DNA of 52,245 nucleotides, the filler included, from Ginglymostoma cirratum (taxonomy: Eukaryota): assembly GCA_024137785.1 (NCBI GenBank). It is 2 parts of 2 records of this genome, joined end to end, with 100 filler letters (N's around TTAATTAATTAA, not from the genome) between each part and the next. Parts side by side here need not be neighbours in the genome. Positions count along the whole stretch, not along the records: positions 1 to 25,198 come from JAHRHZ010000062.1; 1 more part is not named here. One strand, written 5' to 3'. The notes below the pieces were generated by a model. That model was not told the origin of the DNA and ran no database searches. It was given only the letters and a program-made list of their open reading frames with translations. Positions 1 through 11,549 of the stretch are shown one piece after another. Each line of letters opens with the position of its first letter. The stretch's first letter is position 1. Made by a program: the position numbers and the translations under genes.

Positions 1-341
1 CTAACGGCACACTGTTTCAGTTACAATATTTGCAGCAATGGCAGCTGGATAGATGGAGTTAGGACACAGATCTATCATAATGTTATTGAATTACGGACAG
101 CTAATCTGGTCGATTGGTCTGCTTTTACTCCTATGAGTTCAAAGAAGAAACAAAATTTAAATCCATTTTGGGAACAGGATTCTTTGTCAGGTTCAGGTTT
201 CACCTGTTCAGAATGGTCTAAAGAAAAGTAACCCACCATAAGTGCGTCAGAACTTTTCTTTATTTTCTATACCCAGGTTGAACCCCAGATGCCAACACAT
301 TCTTCCAAGTAGACAGACTTTGTAAGTTTTCATGTAAATTT

Positions 342-459
342 TCTCCTTATTCAACGTTCCTCATTTAGTTATCCATTTAATCGTCAGAAGTGGCATATAA
401 ATCACAAGTGCAGAGTACCAGTAAAACACCACTTTTGTGACAGAAAGATGGAAATACTT
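342..459. repeat. 118-bp direct repeat, copy A
   Basis: Identical by eye to 1281-1398. Confidence 0.95.
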
Positions 460-649
460 GGGGAGGAGCTCCGTCTGCCAATTTCATACATGAGCGCAAC
501 CAAAGTATCTACTTTTACAACTTATTAACTTACAAGTAAAACAAAGCCTCTGATTTTGTGATAATGGGCCAACGTATAAATATATGTTGAATAAAAGTAC
601 TCTTAAAAAGTACATTTCAAGTTCAGCTGAGGTTGTAAAATAGAAAACA

Positions 650-975
650 TGACAGCTGTTTTCCCACAAATAGTAACATGTTAATGACCAGGTAATCTAG
701 GTTTTGTGATATTGATTGAGAAATAAACATTGACCAGGTCACTTGGGCATAATGCCCCTGCTTTCATTGAAATAGTGCCATGTGATTTATTAGATCCCAC
801 TGAAGGGGCAGACACATCCTTGATTTAAAGTCACATCCAAAAGATGACATCTCTGAAAAATATAGCAATCCCTAATAATGTCAGCCTTAGCTATTGTATT
901 TGAGCACAGGTGTGGGACTCTAAACAACACCTGCTGACTCAGATGTGAGGCTGCCACCACCTCAGATATTGGCTA
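650..975 (-). mobile_element. Degenerate DeuSINE (SacSINE1-like)
   Basis: Deu-core-like gaaatagtgccatg...catccaaaagatgacatctctga and a tRNA-head remnant ctgactcagatgtgag. Related copies lie near 34920-35130 (-) and 43716-44220 (+). Recognised from memory. Confidence 0.55.
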
Positions 976-1280
976 TAAAAAAGACTGGATGGAAAAAGAA
1001 AACAGGCATTAGCTTCTAATAGTCAAAAACTGCAGTACACAAGTCAGTGGTTGAAGGAGCTGCAGTATATACAGCACCAACAATATGTAGTAATTGTTTT
1101 ATGCCCTGGAGTATTCCAGGTATTCCAAAGCAGTGACTAAAACTGTTTCAAAGGCTGCTGGAAAGAACAAGACTTTAGCATACTTTTGTGGTATGATTTT
1201 AGTTGCTAACAAAAGTCGTCAGGATTTCTATGAGAGAAATAAATGTGATTTAACTGAACTGTTAATATCAAATCACAACC

Positions 1281-1398
1281 TCTCCTTATTCAACGTTCCT
1301 CATTTAGTTATCCATTTAATCGTCAGAAGTGGCATATAAATCACAAGTGCAGAGTACCAGTAAAACACCACTTTTGTGACAGAAAGATGGAAATACTT
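1281..1398. repeat. 118-bp direct repeat, copy B
   Basis: Identical by eye to 342-459. Confidence 0.95.
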
Positions 1399-1443
1399 AT
1401 CTTAAGAGTCTAGGGACTTGATCTGAAAACACACAGCAGAGTG

Positions 1444-1449
1444 TTTATT
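1444..1449 (-). terminator. Candidate polyadenylation signal of the Ig gene
   Basis: AATAAA on the minus strand about 510 nt after the stop codon, followed by a GT-rich tract (tgtgtgtttt). Confidence 0.35.
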
Positions 1450-1960
1450 ATTACAGTTAAGTGCCGTTTACAACAAAACGCTAATCATGATAGCACTTCT
1501 GAGGGTTTGTTATCCTGAGATTGTGCACTTCCTTTAAAAACTTGGTGCTACATTATTTAAGTTTTAGACATAAGAGTCCAACCCAGAGAAGGTTTGCCTA
1601 TAAATCTCAAATAGTTTCTACAGAGCATGGGTTGTACCATAATTCTGTCCTCAAACTGCAGTTTTTTTTTAAAAAATGCATTTGTTGCCATGATGTACAA
1701 ATTCGAGAAAGAAAACTGTTGCATCTGTTAATCATAGTGTACTCTTGTACTTAAGATTTTTATGTTGGTTGAAGACCACAACGGTAGAATCTCAAGTTTA
1801 TATAGTGCTTTTAAACCAAAGAATATCCCAATGAGCTAAGATAACTTGACAGAGAGTACTGCTCTCAACATCCGTTAGTTGGATTTATCATGTTCAATTG
1901 TTCAAAATTTGCCAGTATTTAAATCAAATTATTAAGGAGCACTGAAAATGCAGAACATAC

Positions 1961-2268
1961 CTAAACAAGCAGAACGTATGTCTTCTCTACAATATCATTA
2001 GTTTTAAGGTGCCGAACTTCACAAGTGTACTCTGTTCTGCCTTCAACTACGTCAATAGGCAAACTTGTCACTGTAGAGTAAAGCCCCTTCTCATCGATTT
2101 TGGGTGTTTCTGTGTTTTTCTCATCCTTGCATTCTGTCCATCCCTTGCTCCAAACAACCAGTATATCCATGGGACAAAAATGGTCAATCTTGCAATAAAG
2201 AGTAGCCTTTTCACCCATTTTGGGATGAGCAGGTTGACACACTATTTCTGACACTTCAGGAGTCACAG
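1961..2268 (-). CDS. Post-TM IgC1 domain 6, last coding exon
   Basis: Acceptor tttctcatag|CT. AVTPEVSEI...LYCKIDHFCP...VWSK...KGLYS...YTCEVRH...YVLLV followed by TAG. Confidence 0.9.
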
Positions 2269-3459
2269 CTATGAGAAATGCCGAAACAAAATGTAAGTTT
2301 TCAAAGATTCCAACTGTAACCAGAGACCATTTAAATAAATTTGTATTTATATTAAAGGCTTAAGTGATTTTTCAGTAACTGCTCAAGTTAAATAGTTATG
2401 TTAAGTAGTATCATATGTTTACAATCAAAGTATATAGAAAAGCTAGTTTAAATTCGTACTAACCTGATAAAGCAAATGCTTCTCTCTTCAACCAATAGTT
2501 TATGTTGTAATAATAAGTAAGGATGTTGTTGCTCACTGTCACACACAAAGGTCAGCAATTTCTGATGTCCACGCATGTCTAATTAAATAGGGAAATCTGG
2601 AAGATGCTGGTACCCCTTCACAGACTGCACTGGTGCAATCTTTGCTAATCTGCACATAAATCACTGTCATCCCACATGCTGAGCTAGTTACCCACTATTC
2701 TCACCTCCTTCTGTCATCCTTACCTTACCTAGTCCAGCCTATATGTGACTCCAGATCTGCAGCAGCGTGGTTAACTCTCAACTGGCTTCTGGGCAATTAC
2801 AGATGGGGAACAGATGCTGGCCTAGGCATCGACACCCACATCCAATGAATGCATAAAAAAGCTTTTAGCATGCCAACATTTTCACCCATTTTTAATCAGG
2901 AATTACTGAATTGTAATGATATACCAAGTGGTAGTCACCACTCAGTGTTCTATCTGACACTGATAATTTTACAAGTTCAGAGTTTCATTTTTCTCAAAAT
3001 AAAATTAATAGTGCAGATTTTTTTTTGAAAACAGTTTCTATCTTCACATTTTTTATGTTAATCCTTTATTTCTGCCTAAATCTTTGTTTTTGTTTCTTGT
3101 ATGATTTATGTGAATTATATTTCCTTTTTTAAATAAAACTTGCGCTTTGCTGTCAGCATGTGCTGGTGATAATCCTTCAATGTGATCAATTGAACAGCCT
3201 CTGTTAGTTGGCTGGCTCACAAATGTCCCCAATTCCCTGTAGACAACACCCATTTCTAACAATGCTAGAAGTGATAACCCAGCTAAATTTTTATGAGCAA
3301 CTGTATGCAAGGTGAATGCCAAAACCTGTTCATTCACTACTCGGTAAGATAGAGAGCAGTGTCTTTGAGGCAGCATTATACTTTTATTTTTACAGAAATT
3401 ATTAATCAAATTAGGATTTTCTAAACATATGTAAACATCAGGGCACAAGATCCACTTAC

Positions 3460-3771
3460 CTTGGAGGGGCAGGTGAATAGCTCGTTTAAATGTATCACCT
3501 TTGTCATTGTCTTTATACTGAAGGAATAATTCTCTTTCAAAGTCTTCTGCAGTCACAAAAAATTTCAGACACGCATCTACCTTGTAAGTGTTTTCCGAGG
3601 CAAGTATAGGCTTTGTTTTTGTGACTCCATTGTTAATTAACTGAGATGCTTTGTACCATTCAACTGTAACATTTGGATGGGAAATTCCAGAAACTGAACA
3701 GGACACAGATAAGTCCTTTCCATATGAAGGGTTCTCTGGCTCTATCGTGAACACTGAAAATTTGGGTGAGC
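3460..3771 (-). CDS. Post-TM IgC1-like domain 5 (divergent, no F-strand Cys)
   Basis: Acceptor tgtttatag|GC and donor CAA G|gtaagt; 312 nt, phase 1-1. SPKF...VSCSVSG...EWYK...ENTYKV...ELFLQY. Confidence 0.85.
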
Positions 3772-4454
3772 CTATAAACAGAGAAAAAATGACATATTTA
3801 ATAGACCCACAAAGCCAAAGTAAGTCACTCCTACCTACCAATAAGCTTTCTTCATTTCAACTTTGCAGATTATGGATATTTCTGACAAGGCGATCATTTG
3901 TTATTCACCATCAACTAGTGACAAGCTGCAGCATGTAGGTTTCCTTTGTATTGTTAAGTAAGGATTTCAGGATTTTATCCGGTTGTAATGAAGGAATGGC
4001 ATTAAATATCCAAAAGAAAGAAAAGTGACAGTGCAGTCTATGTACACTCTGTCCTGTCCTTCTAGGTGCTGGGCAATCACAGGGTTGGAAAGACAGTTGA
4101 AGAGGCCTTGGCAACTTTTGCAGTGCTTCTTGTACATATACATACCACAGCCACAGTATACCAGTGATGAAACAGTGTTAGTTAACAGTTCTGCTGAATA
4201 GGGTGCCAGCCTAGTAGCCTGTTTTAGCTTAGAGATTCTTTAGTTTTGCTACAGCATCATCAATACAGACGTGGACGGTATTCATTCGCACAATGCTGAC
4301 AGATGCCTTCTAGGTGGTGGTGAAGCTCTGGGAAATGACTCAAGTACTCAACTGCATGTCCAGCCTCTGATGTTATTACTGGCTATGACATTTACGTGGC
4401 TGATCATGTAGAGTTTCTGGCTGCTGGTCATTCGCTGATATTTATGGTGAGGAT

Positions 4455-6130
4455 TCAATGATTTGATTTGATTTGATTTATTATTGTGACATGTACCAAG
4501 ACACAGTGAAAAGTAGTGTTGTACATGCTAACCGAATAAATCATACCGTAAATAAATTTACCAGTGCAATAGAATAGAATGCAAAATATAGTATTACAGC
4601 TACAGAGAAGGTGCAGAGAAAAATCAACGCTAATATATGAGAAATCCATTCATAAATCTAATAACAACAGGGAAGAAGCTATTCTTAAATCTGTTGGTAT
4701 GTGTTTTCAAACTTTTGTATGTTCTGCCCAATGGAAGAGGGTGAAAGAGAATATAACCAGAATGGGAGGGGTGTTTGATTACGTTGGCTGCTTTCCCAGG
4801 GCAGCAGTATGTGTAGGTGGAGTCAATGGAAGGAAGGCTGGTTTTCCTGATGGACTAGCCTGTGTTCACAACTCTCTAATTTCTTGCAGTCTTGGGAAGA
4901 GTAGTTGCCATACCAAGCTGTAATGCATCAGATAGGATGCTTTCTATGGCGCATCTATAAAAATGGGTAAGAATAATTGTGGACATGCCGAACTTCCTTA
5001 GCCTTCTGAGGAAGTGAAGGCATTGGTGCATTTTATTGACTAGTGTCGACTTGGATAGACCAGGACAGTTTGTTAGTGCTCCTTCATTTTGCTGATATCG
5101 AGGGACAGATTGTTTTCTTTACACCATGCCACTTAGTTGTGCGTCTCCTTTCTGTACTCTGTCTTATCGTTTGAGATCTGACTCAATACGGTGGTGTCAT
5201 CAGCAAATTTGTAAGTGGCGTTAGAGCAGAATTTGGCCACAGTCATGAATGTATACGGAGTATAGTAAGGGGCTGAGTTTGCAGCCTTGTGGGGCACTGG
5301 TGCTGCGGGTTATCGTGGAGGAGATGTTGTTGCCTACACTTACTGATTGTAGACTGTGGGTCAGGAAGTCGAGGATCCAACTGCAGAGGAGTTGCAGTGT
5401 TCTAGATCTCAGTGCTTTGAGATGAGTTTAGTTGGAATTATGGTGTTGAAAACACAGCTAAAGTCAATAAATAGTAGTCTGACATAGGTATCCTTGTTAT
5501 CCAGATGTTCCAGGGATAAAGCGTAGGGTCAGGGAGATGGTGTCTGCTGTGGACCTACTGTGACAGTAGGCAATTTGTATCAGATCAAGGTGGTCTGGGA
5601 GTTGATGTACGTCGTTACTGACCTCTCGAAGCACTTCATAATGATGGCTGTCAAAGCCACTGAGCAATGGTCATTAAGGCACACTGCCGGATTTTTCTGT
5701 AGCACCGGGATGATAGTGGTCTTCTTGAAACAAGTGCGAACCTTGTATCACAGTAAGGAGAGGTTAAAGGTATCTGCAAATACTTTCACCAGCTGGTCTG
5801 CACAGGATCTGAGTGCACAGCCAGGGACTTTATCCCAGTCAGTCACTTTCTGTGGGTTCATCCTCAAGAAGGCTGATCTGACACCTGAGGCGGTGACTAT
5901 GGGTACACGTGCACCTGAAGCTGTTGGGACAGGTGACATCATTTCACTGAGCCTCTGTTCAAAACGAGCAAAGAATGCACTGAGTTCATCGGGGAAGGAT
6001 GCACTGTTATCAGCGATTCTACTTGACTTCACTTTGTAGCCTGTTATATCATATAAGCATTGCCCACAGTTGACATATGTTCATAGGGTTAGTCTGGTAT
6101 TGTCTCTTGGCATCCCTGATGGCAAGGATG
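4455..6130 (-). mobile_element. Rex1/Babar-type LINE fragment (RT and 3' tail)
   Basis: ORF 5748-6032 reads PDELSAFFARFEQ...VPGCALRSCADQLVKVFADTFNLSL. An (aatca)n-like tail lies at 4460-4480. Homologous to 45990-46730 (+) and about 14090-14370 (-). Confidence 0.8.
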
Positions 6131-6313
6131 ACAATGCCATTGCATTATAAGAGGTCTTGGTTAGATTTCCCCTTCACATCAGATATTAAACGTACGAGTC
6201 AGAAGTAAGCAAACCTTTCCTTGTTCATACATACTTTGCTCATCTTCACAAGCCAAAAGTGAAGCAGAAAAAGTTACTGACATTGACTAACTGTTGCATG
6301 ATTAGGATACTTC

Positions 6314-6647
6314 GAATCATAGAATCCCTACAATGTGGAAACAGCTATTCGGTCCGTTGAATCCACACCGACCCTCTGAAGAGCAGCCCACTCAGACCTA
6401 CACCCCTACCCTATCTCTGTAACCCTGCGTTTTCCATGGCTAATCCACCAAACTGCACATCACTGGACACTTACGGGTAATTTAGCATGGCCAATCCACC
6501 TAACCTGCACATCTCTGTGGGAGAAAACCCACGCAGACATGGGAAGAACGTCAGTGTGGAGTTTGCACAGTCGCCCAACGGTGGAATCAAACCCAGATCC
6601 CTGGTGCTGTGAGGCAGCAGTGCTAACCACTAAGCCACCATGTCACC
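6314..6647 (-). mobile_element. HE1-type V-SINE
   Basis: tRNA-derived head (minus strand: gtggcttagtggttagcactgctgcctcacagc), V-core tctgcgtgggtt and a CR1-like tail. Confidence 0.8.
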
Positions 6648-6859
6648 AACTTCACAATAAAAAAATTAAAAACAATTACGTGTGACAAATTCAGTTATTC
6701 TTATTCAGAACAAAGAAGGGGACAGAAATATATAATGGTACAATTTAAATGTTTTAGCATTTCAAGTACAATTCAATTAAACCTTTTGATAAGTCCCAGC
6801 GGATTAGAAAACACCTTTGTTTAGAAAAAGAAGGAGACAGCTAGCTTGATATCTGTTAT

Positions 6860-8150
6860 TGGGAACATGTATTATAAACATTTATTATAAAGGATGTGAT
6901 AGCAAAACATTCAAGCAGAGTCCACACAGTTTCCTGATGGGGAAAATCGTGTCTGACAGAATTTATAATTATTGGATGAGAAACAAGCAGGAGAGGAAAA
7001 AAAAGCGGAAGCAGTGGATGTAATATATTTTTACTTTCAGAAGGCATTTGATAAGGTACCACATCTATTGAATAAGAGCCCATGATTTTAGAAGTACCAT
7101 ATTAGTACGGACAAAGGATTGACCATCTAACAGAAGACAATGTTGGATAAGAGGACATTTTCAGGATGGCAACCTCTAACTAGTGGTGTGCCACAGGGAT
7201 AAGTGCTGAGGCCACAATTATTTAAAATATATATTAATGATTTGGATGAGGTAAATGTTTATACTACAGCCAAGCTGGCATATAACACAAAATTGGTGGG
7301 AAGGCAAATGATGAGGAAAACAGAGTCTGCAGAGGGATATAGACAAGTTAAGCAAGTAGGGTACTAACTTGGTGGCTGGAATATAAAATGGGGAAATAAG
7401 AGGTTAGTCAGGAGGAATAGAGATACTGAATACTATTTTAATGGTGAAAAACTGCAGAAAGCTACAGAACAGAGGGTTTTGCGAGTCCTTGTCCATGAAT
7501 CACAAGAAGTTAGCATCCAAGTTTGGGGGTAATAGAGAAAGCAAATTGAATGTCTGCCTTCATTTTAAAGGGAATGGAGTATGAAAGTGTGAAGATTTTG
7601 CTAAAACTATACACAGCATGAGTCAGACCACTGCTGGGATACTGTGAACAGTTTTGTGCTTCTTATCTAAAGAAAGATGTACTTGCATTAGAGACAATCC
7701 AGAAAAGGTTCATTGGGCTGATACCAGGTATGGAGGGTCTATCTTAAGAGAAGAGATTGAATAAATTGGACCTGCGATTGTTAAAATATAGGAGAATGAG
7801 AGACGACCTTATTGAAACATTGAAGAATCATATGGGACTTGATAGAGCAGATGCCAAAGGCTATTTCACCTCGTGGGAGAGTGCAGCACAAAACAGCATA
7901 ATCTTTAAACATCAATTTCTTCCGAGGGTAGCGATTCTGTGGAATTCTTTACCAGAGAGGGCTATTGAGTCTTGGTCATAAAGTATATTCAAGGCTGAGT
8001 TAGGCAGATTTTTAATCAGCAAGGAATTAAGGGTTATGGGGCAAAGGCAGGAATGTGGATTTGAGGATTATCACATCGATCTGATGCAATGGTGGAACGG
8101 ACTCAATAGGGTGAATGGCCTACTTCTACTCCTATGTCTTATAGTCTTAT
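6860..8150 (+). mobile_element. CR1 LINE, degenerate 3' part
   Basis: Remnants of GKSCLT, FQKAFDKVPH and SGVPQG, plus the tail tggcctacttctactcctatgtcttat. Confidence 0.8.
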
Positions 8151-8184
8151 TTCATTTAAATCAAACAGAATACTTTTAACTCAC

Positions 8185-8511
8185 CTTTAAGGGTTAGCTG
8201 GAAGTATTTTTTAATTGGTTTGGTTGAAGATTTTGAATGGCAAACTTCGACTCCATATTCAGCTTGATGATCATCTGTACTTGGTGTTAAAGTTACCATG
8301 GTGACTTTGCTGTGCAGACCATCTTCACAGGATGATTGTTCCTGAATTTTTTCATGTCTTACATTAGTGTTAATTCTCACCTCATTTCTGAACCATTCAA
8401 CTTGAATATCATCTGGATAATAGTCACTTATAGTACAGGTTAAAGTCAACTCTTTCTCTGCTTCAGGGATGTCAGGATTGCACGTAATTTCAGATACTTT
8501 AGGATGGGATA
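8185..8511 (-). CDS. Post-TM IgC1 domain 4 (F-strand Cys replaced)
   Basis: Acceptor attttag|TA and donor AAA G|gtgagt; 327 nt, phase 1-1. HPKVSEI...LTCTISDYYP...EWFRN...YGVEVCH. Confidence 0.9.
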
Positions 8512-9815
8512 CTAAAATCAAGAGAAACATTAAGAAAAACATTTTTCTGGTTTTCATTTCAGACATTAGTACCAAAAATTATATAACAAACTATTTTAAA
8601 TTTATTCAATTAAGTAATTGGAAAGCAACAAATATGTGGGCTACTAATACTAATTATTACATTTATATGCAGAAAAAAAACTTAGTAATTTATGTTAACT
8701 CAATTCTCTTGACTAGTTTATTACGACAAAACCTCACAAAAAATATTTCCTTTCCAAATAAAAGTTGCATTTTAGCACCAGAATAGCTCAGCTTCTAAAG
8801 AAACAACGTTATAAGCTCAATCATCCTAAGAACTGTCACCAGGATATTGGCACATCACCTGAAACTGGATGGCACTAACCCCTAACACTGCATTTGCAAG
8901 CTATTCAAAAATGCCAGTTGTGTTTTACCTAATTGCAAACAATGGCTGTAGATACAGTAAAGTAATTTTACTACTTATACATTTAGAAATGTCATCAGAG
9001 AGCGAAAAAAATTGCTTTTCTGTAATAACATAGCATTAAAATGATAAAATACAGCATTATTGCTTGAACGTCACTTTTAATGAGACATGGGCATCACTGG
9101 CTGTGTCAGCATTTATTGACCCTCTCTCAACTGCCCAAGAAAGTAGTGGCGAGCTGCCTTCTTGAACCTGTGCATTCATTGTGCTGTAAGTGGTCCTACA
9201 ACCTCATTGATATTTTTGAGAAATAAGGTAGTGCGCTCGTCCCTGCCATTTCTGTGATGCTAGATCTATCTTTAATTTGACCAGTATAACAATGTAACTA
9301 AACTTTCTTGCACACAATTTTGTCCTTTCACCCGTTCCTCTTCGCCTGCAGTATCTTACATGCGGCTTTTCAATGTTTAAAATTTATAAGCAAGTGATCT
9401 AGAGAACATAACGTCACAAAAATACACCACTAATATTAAAAGGTTATTTCATTTTGATGACAGTGATCTAATTTTACCATAGAGTGAGTAATATGGCAAA
9501 TCAGTATAACTTGTGTCTTAGCTGGAATTCTCTCCTAATCACTAAAAAAAAAGTGAAATTATGTTACAAACCTATGTGGGGTGGTTACAAAGTGACCCAA
9601 CCATTCTGTATCATTAAAATGCACCTAAATTCCAGTGACACTGTTCTGCACAGTAAAAGCAGCTGACTGACTCTAAAATGCAAGCATCCTGGCCGGGGAA
9701 ACAATATTAATTTCAGTGAATACTTTATAAGAAATCTGAAACCAATATAGTTGACTTGTAAATAAAACAAACATTTTTATATTGCAGAAAGGCTTTTAAA
9801 TAAGAATAAACCTAC

Positions 9816-10124
9816 CTAAATTTTTAGGAATATATTCTGCAAATCTTGGATACAGAAGACTCTCGTGATCAATCTGGCATTTATATTTACTCTGTTGGTC
9901 TGATAAGGTTGGAGTAATTGTAAATGAACTGGTAAATTCGTGCAACCCATGCTCTGAATTTAGATCAGTTTTAGGTGTTTTTGATTCCACTATAACATCA
10001 TCTTTCAACCAATGGACAGTAATACTTTCAGGATAAAATGAATGCACTCTGCAGGTCAAAGTCAACATTCTTCCAATTATAGGGTTCACAGGATCACTTA
10101 AGATGGCATCAAGAGAAGGAAAAG
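9816..10124 (-). CDS. Post-TM IgC1 domain 3
   Basis: Acceptor ttttccag|CT and donor TTA G|gtaggt; 309 nt, phase 1-1. LTCRVHSFYP...HWLKD...YKCQIDHESL. Confidence 0.9.
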
Positions 10125-10884
10125 CTGGAAAATATAACATGTTAGAACATCACCTCATACATACATTCACATATATATTGCCTGTTATGAAGAACTCTCA
10201 TTTTCAGTGATGGCTAGGTAGAGTACTTCTTAATCAAATTGTGGCTCCATGACTCGACATATTATTCTTTCATCTTTGGTAACTAGATTTTAAAACATTT
10301 AAAATGTTAGGATTAATGTAACCCATTTTAATGGCTAACAAGGATCCTACACGAGCAAACTTAGAGTTATCTCAATACAACTTTTAGTGATCTGGGATCT
10401 AAAGTATAAATCTGCTGACGCACTGAATAATTTCACCCAGAGGGGACATGACAGATAACTAATTTAAGAAATTACCAGATTACAATAGTTGGTCACAAAC
10501 TCTTGACTGAAAATTTGGAAGTGCTTAATCCTAGAATGGAAATTTGTGCTGTTTTCTAGTATTGAAATTCTTCACATCGATACAAAGAAACATGAATTAG
10601 GAGCCGCAGTATACCAATCAGCCCCTAGAATCTGCTCTGTCATTTCTTAAGATCATTGCTAATCTGTTGTGACCTCAACTCTGCTTTCCCCACATTCCCA
10701 TACGCTTTTGACTCCCTTGTCAGTCAAGAATCTGTGTAACTTTGCCATAGAAATATTCAAGGACCTTGCCTCCACTGTGGAAGAGAATTCCACCAACTCA
10801 TGACCCTGAGAGAAAGAGGAAAGACGATCTCACATTTTAAGAGAGACTGAAATTTTGTCTTTAAAGAAGTGTTTAATGCGTTAC

Positions 10885-11247
10885 CTTTTACATTCAGTTG
10901 AACCTGTTCCTCTAATGGATTGCTCAAGCCAATGTGCTCAACTGCACAGAAGTACTGACTTTTATCTTCTTCTTGGATTGTTGCATTAAAACGTATTGTG
11001 CTGTAGACACTAACAGTGTGGTCAGAATAATTATATCCACTCGTATAATGGGAATATTTATCTGGAAACATATTTTCTTCATTTGCATTGTCGAAAACCA
11101 GCAAAGGGGTTTTCTTTCCATGCATATTTTTATACCATGTGATCTTTAGAGGGCGTGGCTTGAAAACAGTTACTGGACAAGTCAGCATCACAGAACTGTT
11201 GTGCAGCACCACAGGCGGCTTAATTATGTGAGCCAACTTAGGAGGAA
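10885..11247 (-). CDS. Post-TM IgC1 domain 2
   Basis: Acceptor ctcttcag|TT and donor AAA G|gtaacg; 363 nt, phase 1-1. PPKL...LTCPVTVFKP...TWY...YFCAVEHIGL. Confidence 0.9.
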
Positions 11248-11549
11248 CTGAAGAGGGAAAAGAACAAAAAAAAACAGTTTTAATTATATAGAACTTCTAA
11301 ACATTACAGTTTTTTTTTTAAACCCATACATTTTTCATCAAAACAAATGCGATCAAAAACAGTGTTGTGACTATTTATTTAAAGCCTTTCTAGTGCTCTT
11401 TGGAAATCATTCAAGTGGTCTGCTCTCCATCCTAACCCATGCTGGAGTTCTTGTTTGTCTTTCAGTTGTACTAATTTGAAGACATGGTAAAAATGCCATT
11501 CTAAATTCGGGAAAGGCAAAATGTAACAATGTCACCCAGAGCCCAGTTC

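Noticed and set aside
10990-11015. ITIM-like SVYSTI in post-TM domain 2
   Set aside because: It falls in the predicted E beta-strand of a folded Ig domain, and the motif is too degenerate to call.
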